This document shows, piece after piece, positions 46,460-55,190 of a stretch of DNA of 64,000 nt. The first letter of the stretch is position 1. Each line of letters starts with the position of its first letter. A model generated the notes under the pieces. That model ran no database searches, had not been told where the DNA came from, and saw only the letters and a program-made list of their open reading frames with translations. The stretch is taken from positions 1,568,001 through 1,632,000 of the forward strand of contig CAXXOA010000002.1 in the NCBI GenBank assembly GCA_963666275.2, written 5' to 3'. The stretch comes from Oceanispirochaeta sp. GTDB taxonomy: Bacteria; Spirochaetota; Spirochaetia; DSM-2461. A program made the position numbers and the translations under genes.

Positions 46460-47752
46460 ATGGATGGAGCGGAAAAAATTATACAGTTGGAAGATGTGAA
46501 ACCGAAAAGATCCCGCGAAAAGAAACGGCGGAACCTGATTTCGCTCCTGCTTGTTTCGCTTCTGATCCTTGCTGTCTTCGGCTGGTTCTTGTTTAAGAGC
46601 AGCCGTAGTCTTGTTTCTATCCGGGGATACACTCTGACTCAGGTTAAAGAGGGACAGTTCATCACCACCACAGAGGCGAGCGGAACAGTGATTCTTCCCA
46701 CACAGGTTGAAATAGTCAGCCCTCAGGATGGGTATACTTCTTTGCTTTTTGTAGAGGAAGGTGATCAGGTGACGCCGGAGGATATTCTGGCGGAACTGGA
46801 TGTACCAGACCTTGTGGACTCCCTCAATCAGCTTAAGGTCTCTCTGGAACAGGCGGAGATTGAGCTGGAAAGTCTGGAAAACAGCTGGTTCTATCAGATC
46901 GAACAGCTTAGACGGGATCTTGCCAGGCTGGACCTTGATATCATCGATGCCCGTGAGGATGTGGATTCCTACAAGGAACTGGCTCTTCTGAAAAGCTCCC
47001 GGCAGAGCGATTATGAAGATGCGGAAAATACGCTGACCTCTCTGCTGGAGGAACAGGAGGATCTGCAGGCTGATCTGGAAGAGGCGCTTGTATCAAAAGA
47101 TATTGATTTAAGAAAACAGAAGGCTGCGATTCGTCAGCTGCAGGTGGACCTGGAAATTGCGGAAAAGGATATGGAAGAAACCAGAATCACCAGCCCCATT
47201 GCCGGTGAGGTCCTCAGTATCAACGATGATCTTTATATACAAGGAAGCCTGATAGAACAGGCCGACTCCCTTTTTGTTGTTGCTGACAGAAGCGATGTTT
47301 TCATTGATTTTGATGTGTATGAGCAGTATGTAGGGCTTCTGGAGCCGGAAGATGAGATGACCGTAACAGTGGGAACTACCACGATGAAAGCACAAATCAT
47401 AAAAATCGGAAAAATCGCCACACTGGATACGGACGGCCTGGCAGCCATGGTCACTGTCAGAGCCAGGCCGATGGGAGAGCAGACGCTTACTCCAGGTGCT
47501 TCAGCCGCCGCCAGTATTGATCTCAGTATCCGGGAAAATGTTCTTCTCCTTCCCAGAGGGGCATGGCTGACAACGGGAGGTCAGGAATATGTTTATGTGA
47601 AGGAAGGGGATACTGCGGTTAAAAAGAAAATTACCCTTGGAGAGATCCAGGGGACAGATGTGGAAATTCTGAAAGGTCTTGATCCTGGTGATCAGGTCAT
47701 AACCAGCAGTTATCAAACCTATATCGATCAGAACCGGGTTCTTCTGAAGTAG
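46460..47752 (+). CDS. Periplasmic adaptor (MacA/RND MFP-like)
   Basis: N-terminal TM helix, VEEGDQV, long coiled coil, ITSPIAGEV, GLDPGDQVI. Confidence 0.88.
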   Translation: MDGAEKIIQLEDVKPKRSREKKRRNLISLLLVSLLILAVFGWFLFKSSRSLVSIRGYTLTQVKEGQFITTTEASGTVILPTQVEIVSPQDGYTSLLFVEEGDQVTPEDILAELDVPDLVDSLNQLKVSLEQAEIELESLENSWFYQIEQLRRDLARLDLDIIDAREDVDSYKELALLKSSRQSDYEDAENTLTSLLEEQEDLQADLEEALVSKDIDLRKQKAAIRQLQVDLEIAEKDMEETRITSPIAGEVLSINDDLYIQGSLIEQADSLFVVADRSDVFIDFDVYEQYVGLLEPEDEMTVTVGTTTMKAQIIKIGKIATLDTDGLAAMVTVRARPMGEQTLTPGASAAASIDLSIRENVLLLPRGAWLTTGGQEYVYVKEGDTAVKKKITLGEIQGTDVEILKGLDPGDQVITSSYQTYIDQNRVLLK

Positions 47753-47784
47753 AAGGATTAGTCATTCAATCAAAGGAAAATACT

Positions 47785-48480
47785 ATGATTAAACTTGAAC
47801 ATATTAACAAAATTTACGATTTGGGAGAAACAAAAGTTAAGGCTCTCAACAATATTACTCTTTCTATAGAAAGAGGTGAATATATAGCCATTATGGGACC
47901 TTCAGGCTCGGGAAAGTCCACTCTCATGCATATACTGGGGATCCTTGATTCTCCCAGTTCCGGGAAGTATCTGCTGGAAGATTATGATATTACCGGTTTG
48001 CCCGACAAGGAGCAGGCAAGGATCAGAAACCGTCATTTCGGTTTTATTTTCCAGAGCTTCAATCTCTTTCCCGAACTGAGTGCTCTTGAGAATGTCATGC
48101 TCCCCATGAGCTATGCGGGAATCCCTTTCCAGAAAAGACAGAAGCGGGCCTGCGAACTCCTGGATGAGGTCGGGCTCTCCCGCAGGATGCAGCACCTTCC
48201 TACGATGCTCAGCGGGGGAGAACAGCAGCGGGTCGCCATTGCCCGGGCTCTCTGCAATAATCCCGATCTCATTCTGGCAGATGAACCCACCGGTAATCTG
48301 CCCAGCGATAAAGGTGAGGAAATCATGAATATCCTCGAGAATCTCAATCGCCGGGGCGTTACCGTTGTTATGGTCACTCATAATCCCAAGCAGGGACAGA
48401 GAGCCAGGAGGGTTATTTCTCTTCAGGATGGAGAGCTGCGTAAGGAAGTGGTGCTTCTGGAGCCAGGTCATGCTGAATGA
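47785..48480 (+). CDS. ABC ATP-binding protein (MacB/LolD type)
   Basis: [36 protein letters not shown]. Confidence 0.95.
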   Translation: MIKLEHINKIYDLGETKVKALNNITLSIERGEYIAIMGPSGSGKSTLMHILGILDSPSSGKYLLEDYDITGLPDKEQARIRNRHFGFIFQSFNLFPELSALENVMLPMSYAGIPFQKRQKRACELLDEVGLSRRMQHLPTMLSGGEQQRVAIARALCNNPDLILADEPTGNLPSDKGEEIMNILENLNRRGVTVVMVTHNPKQGQRARRVISLQDGELRKEVVLLEPGHAE

Positions 48481-49867
48481 ACCGCTGAAAATTCTGGTTA
48501 GACGATCGACATCCCGGTTTCTTGAAACCGGTCTTTTGATCCTTGCCGTCGCATTGGGTATTGGGGCTGCTTCTGCGGGACTCTCTCTCATGGTCAATAC
48601 TCTTAAGTCTTCAGCGGAAATGCTGGCATCTCCCGATTATCGAGAGATTGTGGTCAGTACTGCTTCGGAAGCCGGAGAAATGGAAAAGCCGGTGAACCTG
48701 AAAGCTGTCAGTGAAACCGCCGTGTTATCCTCTGCAGATCTGGATGCCTCCGCTATGGCTCCGGCGGTGGCATACGGTTATGTAAAAAATCGCTCCCGGA
48801 TGAATTTTATCAATGAAGAATCGATCGAACGGGATCAGAAGCGTCATGAGGAAATGGGAGATAATGCTCTTCCAGGTAATCCACCGGGAGATATGGAGGG
48901 GGGGGCGGAGAACTCCGAAGCGCCTCCTGGAGAGGATATGGGTACGTTCAGACCACCCGAACAGATCGATCTGCAGGACTATACCGGAGAGGAAGGTATT
49001 CTGATTGTTGATCTCGAGGAGGCCAGCGGATATGAAGTTACCAACGGTTTCTTCGACGCCTGGGGACTGACACCGGCTTATGGGAGCCTTTTCTCCCGGG
49101 AAGAGTTGACCGGTACAGCGTCTGTTACTGTTCTAGGGGCTGACCTGGCAGAGGATATTCTGCCGGAAGGATACGGCCTCTCCGACCTTGTCGGTAAGAA
49201 AATCCTCACCAGAGAGGGGCTTGTTACCATCATTGCTGTCCTCGAAAAAGGGAGCGATGCCAACAACCGGGCTTTTTTCTCTCCCTATCAGTCCGATGGA
49301 GGAAGGATCTTCTTTCGGCGTATGTTTATGAATACCCAGCTTCGCTTTACAGTGAATGATCCGAAAGACCTGGATGAAACAGCCCTGCAGCTCCAGAGCT
49401 GGTTTGACAGCCGGTACGGTGATCAGCAGATTGTTATATCCAACCCCAGATCAGAAGCTCTTCAGCTTGTGCGCAGGAACACCGGCATAGGGGTCCTGAT
49501 CCTGTTCCTTTCCCTGGCCTCCCTTTTTATTGCATCGGTAAATGTTTCCAATCTCCTTCTCAGCCGTTCACTGCGAATGAAACAGCAAGTAGGGATTCTA
49601 ATGGCTCTGGGAGCATCGAGGAAAGATGTATTCTCTCTTTTTTTCTGGGAGGCTGCTGGTATTGTCCTACTGGGAGCCATCCTGGGAACAATCTTTTCCA
49701 TACCTCTGGAAAGTTATATGTCCCAGGCTCTGGAAATAACAGGGCAGAAATGGATTTTCACTCTTCCAGGTGTTTTATTTTCAGGATTCCTCACACTGTC
49801 TTTCAGTCTTTTCCCTTCAAGACAGTTCAGTCGAATTGATCCGGCGCCTGCAATGAGGGCTGTCTGA
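48470..49867 (+). CDS. ABC permease, MacB/FtsX type
   Basis: TM1, large periplasmic domain, VGILMALGASR, RIDPAPAMR. Start placed at ATG 48470. Confidence 0.88.
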   Translation: MLNEPLKILVRRSTSRFLETGLLILAVALGIGAASAGLSLMVNTLKSSAEMLASPDYREIVVSTASEAGEMEKPVNLKAVSETAVLSSADLDASAMAPAVAYGYVKNRSRMNFINEESIERDQKRHEEMGDNALPGNPPGDMEGGAENSEAPPGEDMGTFRPPEQIDLQDYTGEEGILIVDLEEASGYEVTNGFFDAWGLTPAYGSLFSREELTGTASVTVLGADLAEDILPEGYGLSDLVGKKILTREGLVTIIAVLEKGSDANNRAFFSPYQSDGGRIFFRRMFMNTQLRFTVNDPKDLDETALQLQSWFDSRYGDQQIVISNPRSEALQLVRRNTGIGVLILFLSLASLFIASVNVSNLLLSRSLRMKQQVGILMALGASRKDVFSLFFWEAAGIVLLGAILGTIFSIPLESYMSQALEITGQKWIFTLPGVLFSGFLTLSFSLFPSRQFSRIDPAPAMRAV

Positions 49868-49895
49868 TCAGAGCAGGAATAATAAGGATACAAGC

Positions 49896-51203
49896 ATGAA
49901 AAAATTTATAACTATGTTAATAAGGAACTGGACAGGCTCTCCCGGGAAAATCCTTCTGACCCTGGCTTCTGTCGCATTAGGCACAGGTATTCTAACCCTG
50001 GCAGACAGTGCGGGAAGAGTGCTGGATGATCAGATACAAAAGTCACTGGATAGTAACGGGCTTGTCCTCTATGCTGCCAATGGTGAATGGGACAGTGATG
50101 GGCATATTGATCAGGTAAGGCCCTCTGAGTGGGATTCTGATACCCCGTCTCTTCTGGTCAGTGAACTGGAACAGCTCTCTGAGGCAGTACCTGTTACAGC
50201 TCCGCCATTCGGGCAGATAACAACAAACGGCAAATCGTATAATCTGCGATCCGCTGTGGGAACGGGTCCGGAATATTTTGATATTTTTTCCCTTGAGCTT
50301 ATAGTCGGAGTTCCTATGAAAGATGAGGATATAACACTTGGCAGCAGAAAGGTCTGGATAAGCTCGGAAATGGCGCAGCAGCTTTATGGGTCTCCCGATA
50401 ATGCTCCGGGGCAGTGGATTCAGCCTCCCGGGGAAGTTTTAAACAGAGGGCCCGGTGGGCGGGATCGGAATATGGTGATTCAATACTCAGTAGGGGGAGT
50501 TTTTGCCTCTCCCACGGAAATTGCCAGACGTTCCTATGGGATCGGCGATATTATCTTTCCCTATACATCTCTGATTACTGCCGGTGGCAATATTCAGATG
50601 ATGAAGGATATGATGGCCGGTCAGTTTGTCATGAAAGCATATGATTCCTCTGCTCAAAGAGTGAAAGCCGCTGTCGTGGAGACTCTGACCCGGAATTACG
50701 GCTATGATTCCAGTGCTGTTGTCTGGGAAGGCTCTCCCGGAGGAGCCTCTGATTATATGGATCAGCTCAGAAGTTCTGTAAAAATATTTTCAGTCTCCCT
50801 TTCTCTTCTGGGAATGCTTCTTCTCCTCACAAGCTCTCTGGGGATCTTCAGCATCATGGTGGTGGAAGCTCTGAACCGCCGCCGCGTCATCGCTTTGGAA
50901 AGGGCTCTGGGTGCTTCTCGGGGAATTGTGTTGAGAGAGTTCTGGTCCTGGTCTCTGGCATTGAGTCTGGTCGGGGGGATTCTCGGCATTCTCTTTGCCA
51001 TTGTATTTGCCAGGCCCGTATTGGGGACATTGAGTCCTCTGGCGGGAGAGGTGGCCGGCAATTTTACCGAGGCAGCGGGAGTCAGGTTTCCATCGGTCCT
51101 TTTCAGCCTTTCTCTGGCGGTTTTATTCGGCGGGGTTCTGGGAATACTTCCGGCATTTTCCGCCCTGAAAGGAAATATCGCAGATACCATAAGGGAGGTC
51201 TGA
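49896..51203 (+). CDS. ABC permease, MacB/FtsX type (second subunit)
   Basis: LGIFSIMVVEALNRRRVIALERALGAS; GILPAFSA. Confidence 0.88.
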   Translation: MKKFITMLIRNWTGSPGKILLTLASVALGTGILTLADSAGRVLDDQIQKSLDSNGLVLYAANGEWDSDGHIDQVRPSEWDSDTPSLLVSELEQLSEAVPVTAPPFGQITTNGKSYNLRSAVGTGPEYFDIFSLELIVGVPMKDEDITLGSRKVWISSEMAQQLYGSPDNAPGQWIQPPGEVLNRGPGGRDRNMVIQYSVGGVFASPTEIARRSYGIGDIIFPYTSLITAGGNIQMMKDMMAGQFVMKAYDSSAQRVKAAVVETLTRNYGYDSSAVVWEGSPGGASDYMDQLRSSVKIFSVSLSLLGMLLLLTSSLGIFSIMVVEALNRRRVIALERALGASRGIVLREFWSWSLALSLVGGILGILFAIVFARPVLGTLSPLAGEVAGNFTEAAGVRFPSVLFSLSLAVLFGGVLGILPAFSALKGNIADTIREV

Positions 51204-51205
51204 GG

Positions 51206-52486
51206 ATGAAAAATCTTGTTTTTTCTCTCATACTGATCCTTCAGATCTGCCTGCCTGAAATTCTTGAGGCCCGGGAAATCAACAGCCTGGAAGACCTCCG
51301 TTATCTGGCACTTGAAAACAGCCTGGAATATAAAAAAGCTCTTCTCGAGGTAGAGCTGGCCGCCGGGAGCATTGAGTCTCCTGTGAATCTTGATGATACC
51401 ACTTTCGCGGCTGACCGGACATATAATGGGGAGTCTGAAGAGTGGAACTCCTCTGTGACAATGGATCTGCCTCTGCTGGACCAGCTCAGTCTAAACACTA
51501 CACTGACGGATGATCATTCCATTCAGGGTGGTTTTCAGTTTACACCTCTCAATCATAGCGATGACCGGAAACAGCTTAAAATCGCCCTGCAGAAAGCCAG
51601 GGCTTTTGCCAGAGAGACAGCTGTTTCAGTAGAAAACATAGCCCTTTCGACTGGTTTGAACTGGATGATACAGACCAGACTTCTTAAAAACCAGGATGAG
51701 CTGGTCTCAGTAAAAGAGAGCATCTATTCAGACGAAAAAATACGCTACCAGGCTGGGGAGTCTTCTCTGGATGATGTGAGAGAGGCTCTGCTGGATTGGA
51801 CTGAAGCAAGGAGTTCGCTCGGTGAGCTTCAGAATCAGGTAAGGGAGGCTGAGTCAGAACTGATCACAGCCTTTGGTGTGGCTCCGGAAGATATCGTTAT
51901 ACCCCTGCTGGAGCGTACATCCCTTGAGATGGAACTGGATAGGATTCAAGAAACCCTGCTCCCTGAAAGAACTGAGTTTTCGAGCCGCTATGAAATTCTT
52001 TCTGCACAGCTGGAGGTTCAGAGCGGCAAGGCCGAGCTTACGGATACCTGGTTGTTCGACCCGGATCTTACCATGAACACTATGGTGGACCTGAATGATC
52101 AGGAACTGGAATGGGAGGTGTCACTTTCCTTCAGTTTTTCTCCTTCCGACTGGCAGGCATCCCGGCGCAGGGACCTTAGAGCAGAACTTGATCTGCTGGA
52201 ACAGGAAGCACAGCAGATTGCCATGCAGAATCGTCTGTCCCTTCAGCAGGCTCTTACGGCTTTAGAGAATGCTGCCAGAGGAAGTGAAATGGCACGTATT
52301 GAAAGAGATCAGGCTGAAGAGCTGAATGTGGAAGCAGAATTCCTCTATGATCTGGGAGAATATTCTGAAGCTGAAAGGGAAGATGCCCTCGTCTCGTATC
52401 AGGCCGCTGAAATCAGTCTTTTCAGTGCACTGTCAGAGGAATATCTGGCCTGGCGGGAACTTCTTCTGTATATGCCCGGGGAGTGA
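51206..52486 (+). CDS. TolC-family outer-membrane protein
   Basis: Signal peptide; ALENSLEY; two repeats RYQAGESS and LYDLGEYS. Confidence 0.8.
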   Translation: MKNLVFSLILILQICLPEILEAREINSLEDLRYLALENSLEYKKALLEVELAAGSIESPVNLDDTTFAADRTYNGESEEWNSSVTMDLPLLDQLSLNTTLTDDHSIQGGFQFTPLNHSDDRKQLKIALQKARAFARETAVSVENIALSTGLNWMIQTRLLKNQDELVSVKESIYSDEKIRYQAGESSLDDVREALLDWTEARSSLGELQNQVREAESELITAFGVAPEDIVIPLLERTSLEMELDRIQETLLPERTEFSSRYEILSAQLEVQSGKAELTDTWLFDPDLTMNTMVDLNDQELEWEVSLSFSFSPSDWQASRRRDLRAELDLLEQEAQQIAMQNRLSLQQALTALENAARGSEMARIERDQAEELNVEAEFLYDLGEYSEAEREDALVSYQAAEISLFSALSEEYLAWRELLLYMPGE

Positions 52487-52487
52487 T

Positions 52488-52578
52488 CTCCCTCCCCGGG
52501 AGGGAAGGGGCTGGAGAGTCGCTATAAATAGCGTCTTTACAGAATCCCCCTAACCCCTCTCCCAGAGGGCGAGGGGAG
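52488..52578. repeat. Inverted pair of BoxC/REP-like GC-rich palindromes
   Basis: CTCCCTCCCCGGGAGGGAAGGGGCTGGAGAG...CCCCCTAACCCCTCTCCCAGAGGGCGAGGGGAG with an internal hairpin CGCTAT/ATAGCG, between convergent genes. Confidence 0.7.
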
Positions 52579-52585
52579 TTCTGTT

Positions 52586-53953
52586 TTATTTGAGGTAGTT
52601 GAGCCAGGGGGACTGGGCGGAGATGACTCTGTCCAGCATGTCCCTGAGGGTTGCGGCCTTGTCTACGACCGGGTTGGCAAGAAGGGCCTGAATGGCCAGA
52701 TCTTTGCTGCCTTTCAGGATCGCTTCGGCGGTCAGATCGTAGGTGCCTGTATAGTTTCTCAGGAGAGCGGTATAGCCTTTGGGAAGGTTTTCCATCTTCC
52801 GTCCTTTGACGCCTTCTTTTGTAATGATTCCGGGGACTTCTACAGCCACCCAGTCGGGAAGGTCGGCAATCAGTCCGTTGTTGGGAACATTGACCGCCGG
52901 TTCAATATAAGCGCTGTCATCGATCATGCCTTCCGCAATGGGAACGAACCGTTCGTGCACTTCCAGTTGAATCTCAGGTTTCGCCTCTACGCTGAGCATC
53001 TTCTTATAGAAGTCGTAGAAATCTACGATGCCCCTGTGATCCGCCACATCCCAGGCCCAGGAGAGGTACTCTCCAAAGTGGCTGTCCCCGGTGATCGGCA
53101 TAAGGTTGTAGTTTTCCATTATGAACTTGAACAGACGCCGGTCCGCCCAATAGTAGGCGCTGTTTTCAATACCCAGATCCATCCGGCTGGTGGAGCCTTC
53201 TGTATGGATTACCTTTCCTGTCTTTCGGTAGTAGTCCAGCATATCGCTGAAACCGGGTTCCTTGCTGAAAAAACCGGGAGCTTTCTCCAGTATTTCAGGA
53301 TAGAGATCCTTTCCAGTTTTTTTATCCCGGGCTTCCAGAAGGCAGCTGAAGTGGTTGAGCCCTGCCGCATAAAGCTCCATCTCTTCAAAAGGTTTATTCA
53401 GGATAGAGGGAAGGTATCTCTCCAGAGAGGCAATCTCATGGCACATTCCGACAAAATGGATCCCCGGGAAGGCCCTGTGGACGGTTGTGGTAATGGATGT
53501 CATGGGGTTTGAGAAATTGAAAATCCAGGCGTCAGGGCAGATGTCCATGGCATCCCGGCATATTTCCAGAATCGGCGGAACGATTCTCAGAGCATGAAAG
53601 AGCCCTCCGGGGCCGCCGTTTTCTCCGTAGACCTGATGGATCCCGTACTGCTGGGGAATCTTCCAGTCCTGATCCCACAGGGTGAATCTGTCTCCCACTT
53701 CAATGGATATGATTATAAAATCGGCTCCCTTGAAAGCCTCTTTCCTGTTTGTTGTGGCATTGATGGTGTAATTGAGTTTATGGTTTTCAAGAAAAGCATC
53801 GGTCTCTTCTTTTACATGGTTCAAAGCTTTTTCATTGATATCCAGCAGGGTAATTTCCGATCCCCGCAGTTTTTCACTGGCAAAAATGTCACCCAGCATT
53901 CCCAGGCCGAATTGAGCACTGCCTGCTCCAACCAATACGATCTTTTTATTCAT
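52586..53953 (-). CDS. Family 4 glycoside hydrolase (NAD+/Mn2+-dependent alpha-galactosidase/glucosidase, MelA-like)
   Basis: VGAGSAQF, GENGGPGG, NFSNP, GMCHE, AGLNH. Confidence 0.9.
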   Translation of the reverse strand: MNKKIVLVGAGSAQFGLGMLGDIFASEKLRGSEITLLDINEKALNHVKEETDAFLENHKLNYTINATTNRKEAFKGADFIIISIEVGDRFTLWDQDWKIPQQYGIHQVYGENGGPGGLFHALRIVPPILEICRDAMDICPDAWIFNFSNPMTSITTTVHRAFPGIHFVGMCHEIASLERYLPSILNKPFEEMELYAAGLNHFSCLLEARDKKTGKDLYPEILEKAPGFFSKEPGFSDMLDYYRKTGKVIHTEGSTSRMDLGIENSAYYWADRRLFKFIMENYNLMPITGDSHFGEYLSWAWDVADHRGIVDFYDFYKKMLSVEAKPEIQLEVHERFVPIAEGMIDDSAYIEPAVNVPNNGLIADLPDWVAVEVPGIITKEGVKGRKMENLPKGYTALLRNYTGTYDLTAEAILKGSKDLAIQALLANPVVDKAATLRDMLDRVISAQSPWLNYLK

Positions 53954-54120
53954 ACCAGTCTCCTGTTTTCTGTATTTGATGAATCCGTCCTCTGACGCGT
54001 AGGTACATCATAATGGGTGATAACAGGATAAATCAATATAAATCCCAATGAATTTTCATAATAAAGTGAAAAAATATGAAAAAAATAATGAAAATATGCA
54101 GTAGGATTTTCAGAGTTCCA

Positions 54121-54149
54121 TTGACACCTTCCAAGTCCCCCATTAGGAT
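54121..54149 (+). promoter_or_regulatory. Sigma70 promoter, likely leaderless lacI-family transcript
   Basis: TTGACA (54121-26), N17, TAGGAT (54144-49), N6, ATG (54156). Confidence 0.65.
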
Positions 54150-54155
54150 AGCCTC

Positions 54156-55151
54156 ATGGGAAAGATTAATCTGAAAGATATTGCCGAAAGGTCAGGAGTC
54201 AGCATAAGTACTGTCAGTAGAGTTATTAATGATCCTGATCAGGTTAATATAGAGACCCGTGAAGCCGTCTATCAGGTTATGCGGGAACTGGGATACAGAC
54301 GGAGTCTGAAAAAAAATGAGAACAGACAGGGCAAAGGCGCTGTAGCCCTGATCACGTCTCACTCTGATTCGGAGTTTTTCATGGATTTCATCATTGCCCT
54401 CCAGCAGGAACTGGCCAGCCGGAATCTGTACCCGCTCCTTATCGATACCAGGGAAGAGGAGTCGCTTTCCCTTTTTCTGAGCAGGAACAGCAGCTGGGCC
54501 GATCTTGTGGATGCGGCGATTGTCTTTTTCTGCCATATAGATGAAATTGCCAGGGATTTTTTCAAAGAGCACAATATTCCCGTCGCAGCGGTCCACACAC
54601 GATGCCCCTATTTCTATGCAGTCATGAATAACGATTATATGGGCGGTTATGATGCGGCGTCTTTTCTGTGGAACAAAGGATACCGGTCCTTCGGTATGGT
54701 TTACTGGAGGGAGGATCAGTTCGACAGAAAGAGTATGGACAGAAAGCTGGGATTTCTCCGATTTCTGGAAGAGAAGGGGATTCCCTTTTCAGAGCAGAAA
54801 CAGCTCCAGTACAGTGATATTTCCCTGGAGGGAGGGTATAGGGCCACCGCCGCGCTACTGGAACGATACAGTCCGGATGCTGTCTTTTATGCCTGTGATA
54901 CCATGGCAATAGGGGGAATGGAGTACTGCCGGGAGAAAGGCATCTCCATCCCGGAAGAAGTGGCACTCATGGGGTTTGATGATATCCGTATGGCTGAAGC
55001 CATGAACCTTTCCACTATGAATCAGTTTATACCCGCCAAGGCCCGTTCCGTTTCAAATCATATCCTGCAGGCCCTGGAGGGGGCGCTTCCGGGAGAGTTT
55101 CCCGAGGAAGTGACCATCACTCCCATTGTCGTGGAACGGCAGACCAGCTGA
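54156..55151 (+). CDS. LacI-family transcriptional regulator
   Basis: LKDIAERSGVSISTVSRVIN HTH; DTMAIG; IPEEVALMGFDD. Divergent from the GH4 gene. Confidence 0.93.
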   Translation: MGKINLKDIAERSGVSISTVSRVINDPDQVNIETREAVYQVMRELGYRRSLKKNENRQGKGAVALITSHSDSEFFMDFIIALQQELASRNLYPLLIDTREEESLSLFLSRNSSWADLVDAAIVFFCHIDEIARDFFKEHNIPVAAVHTRCPYFYAVMNNDYMGGYDAASFLWNKGYRSFGMVYWREDQFDRKSMDRKLGFLRFLEEKGIPFSEQKQLQYSDISLEGGYRATAALLERYSPDAVFYACDTMAIGGMEYCREKGISIPEEVALMGFDDIRMAEAMNLSTMNQFIPAKARSVSNHILQALEGALPGEFPEEVTITPIVVERQTS

Positions 55152-55190
55152 AAATACAGGGTCGTCATCCACAGGCTGGCTGCCTGGAGA

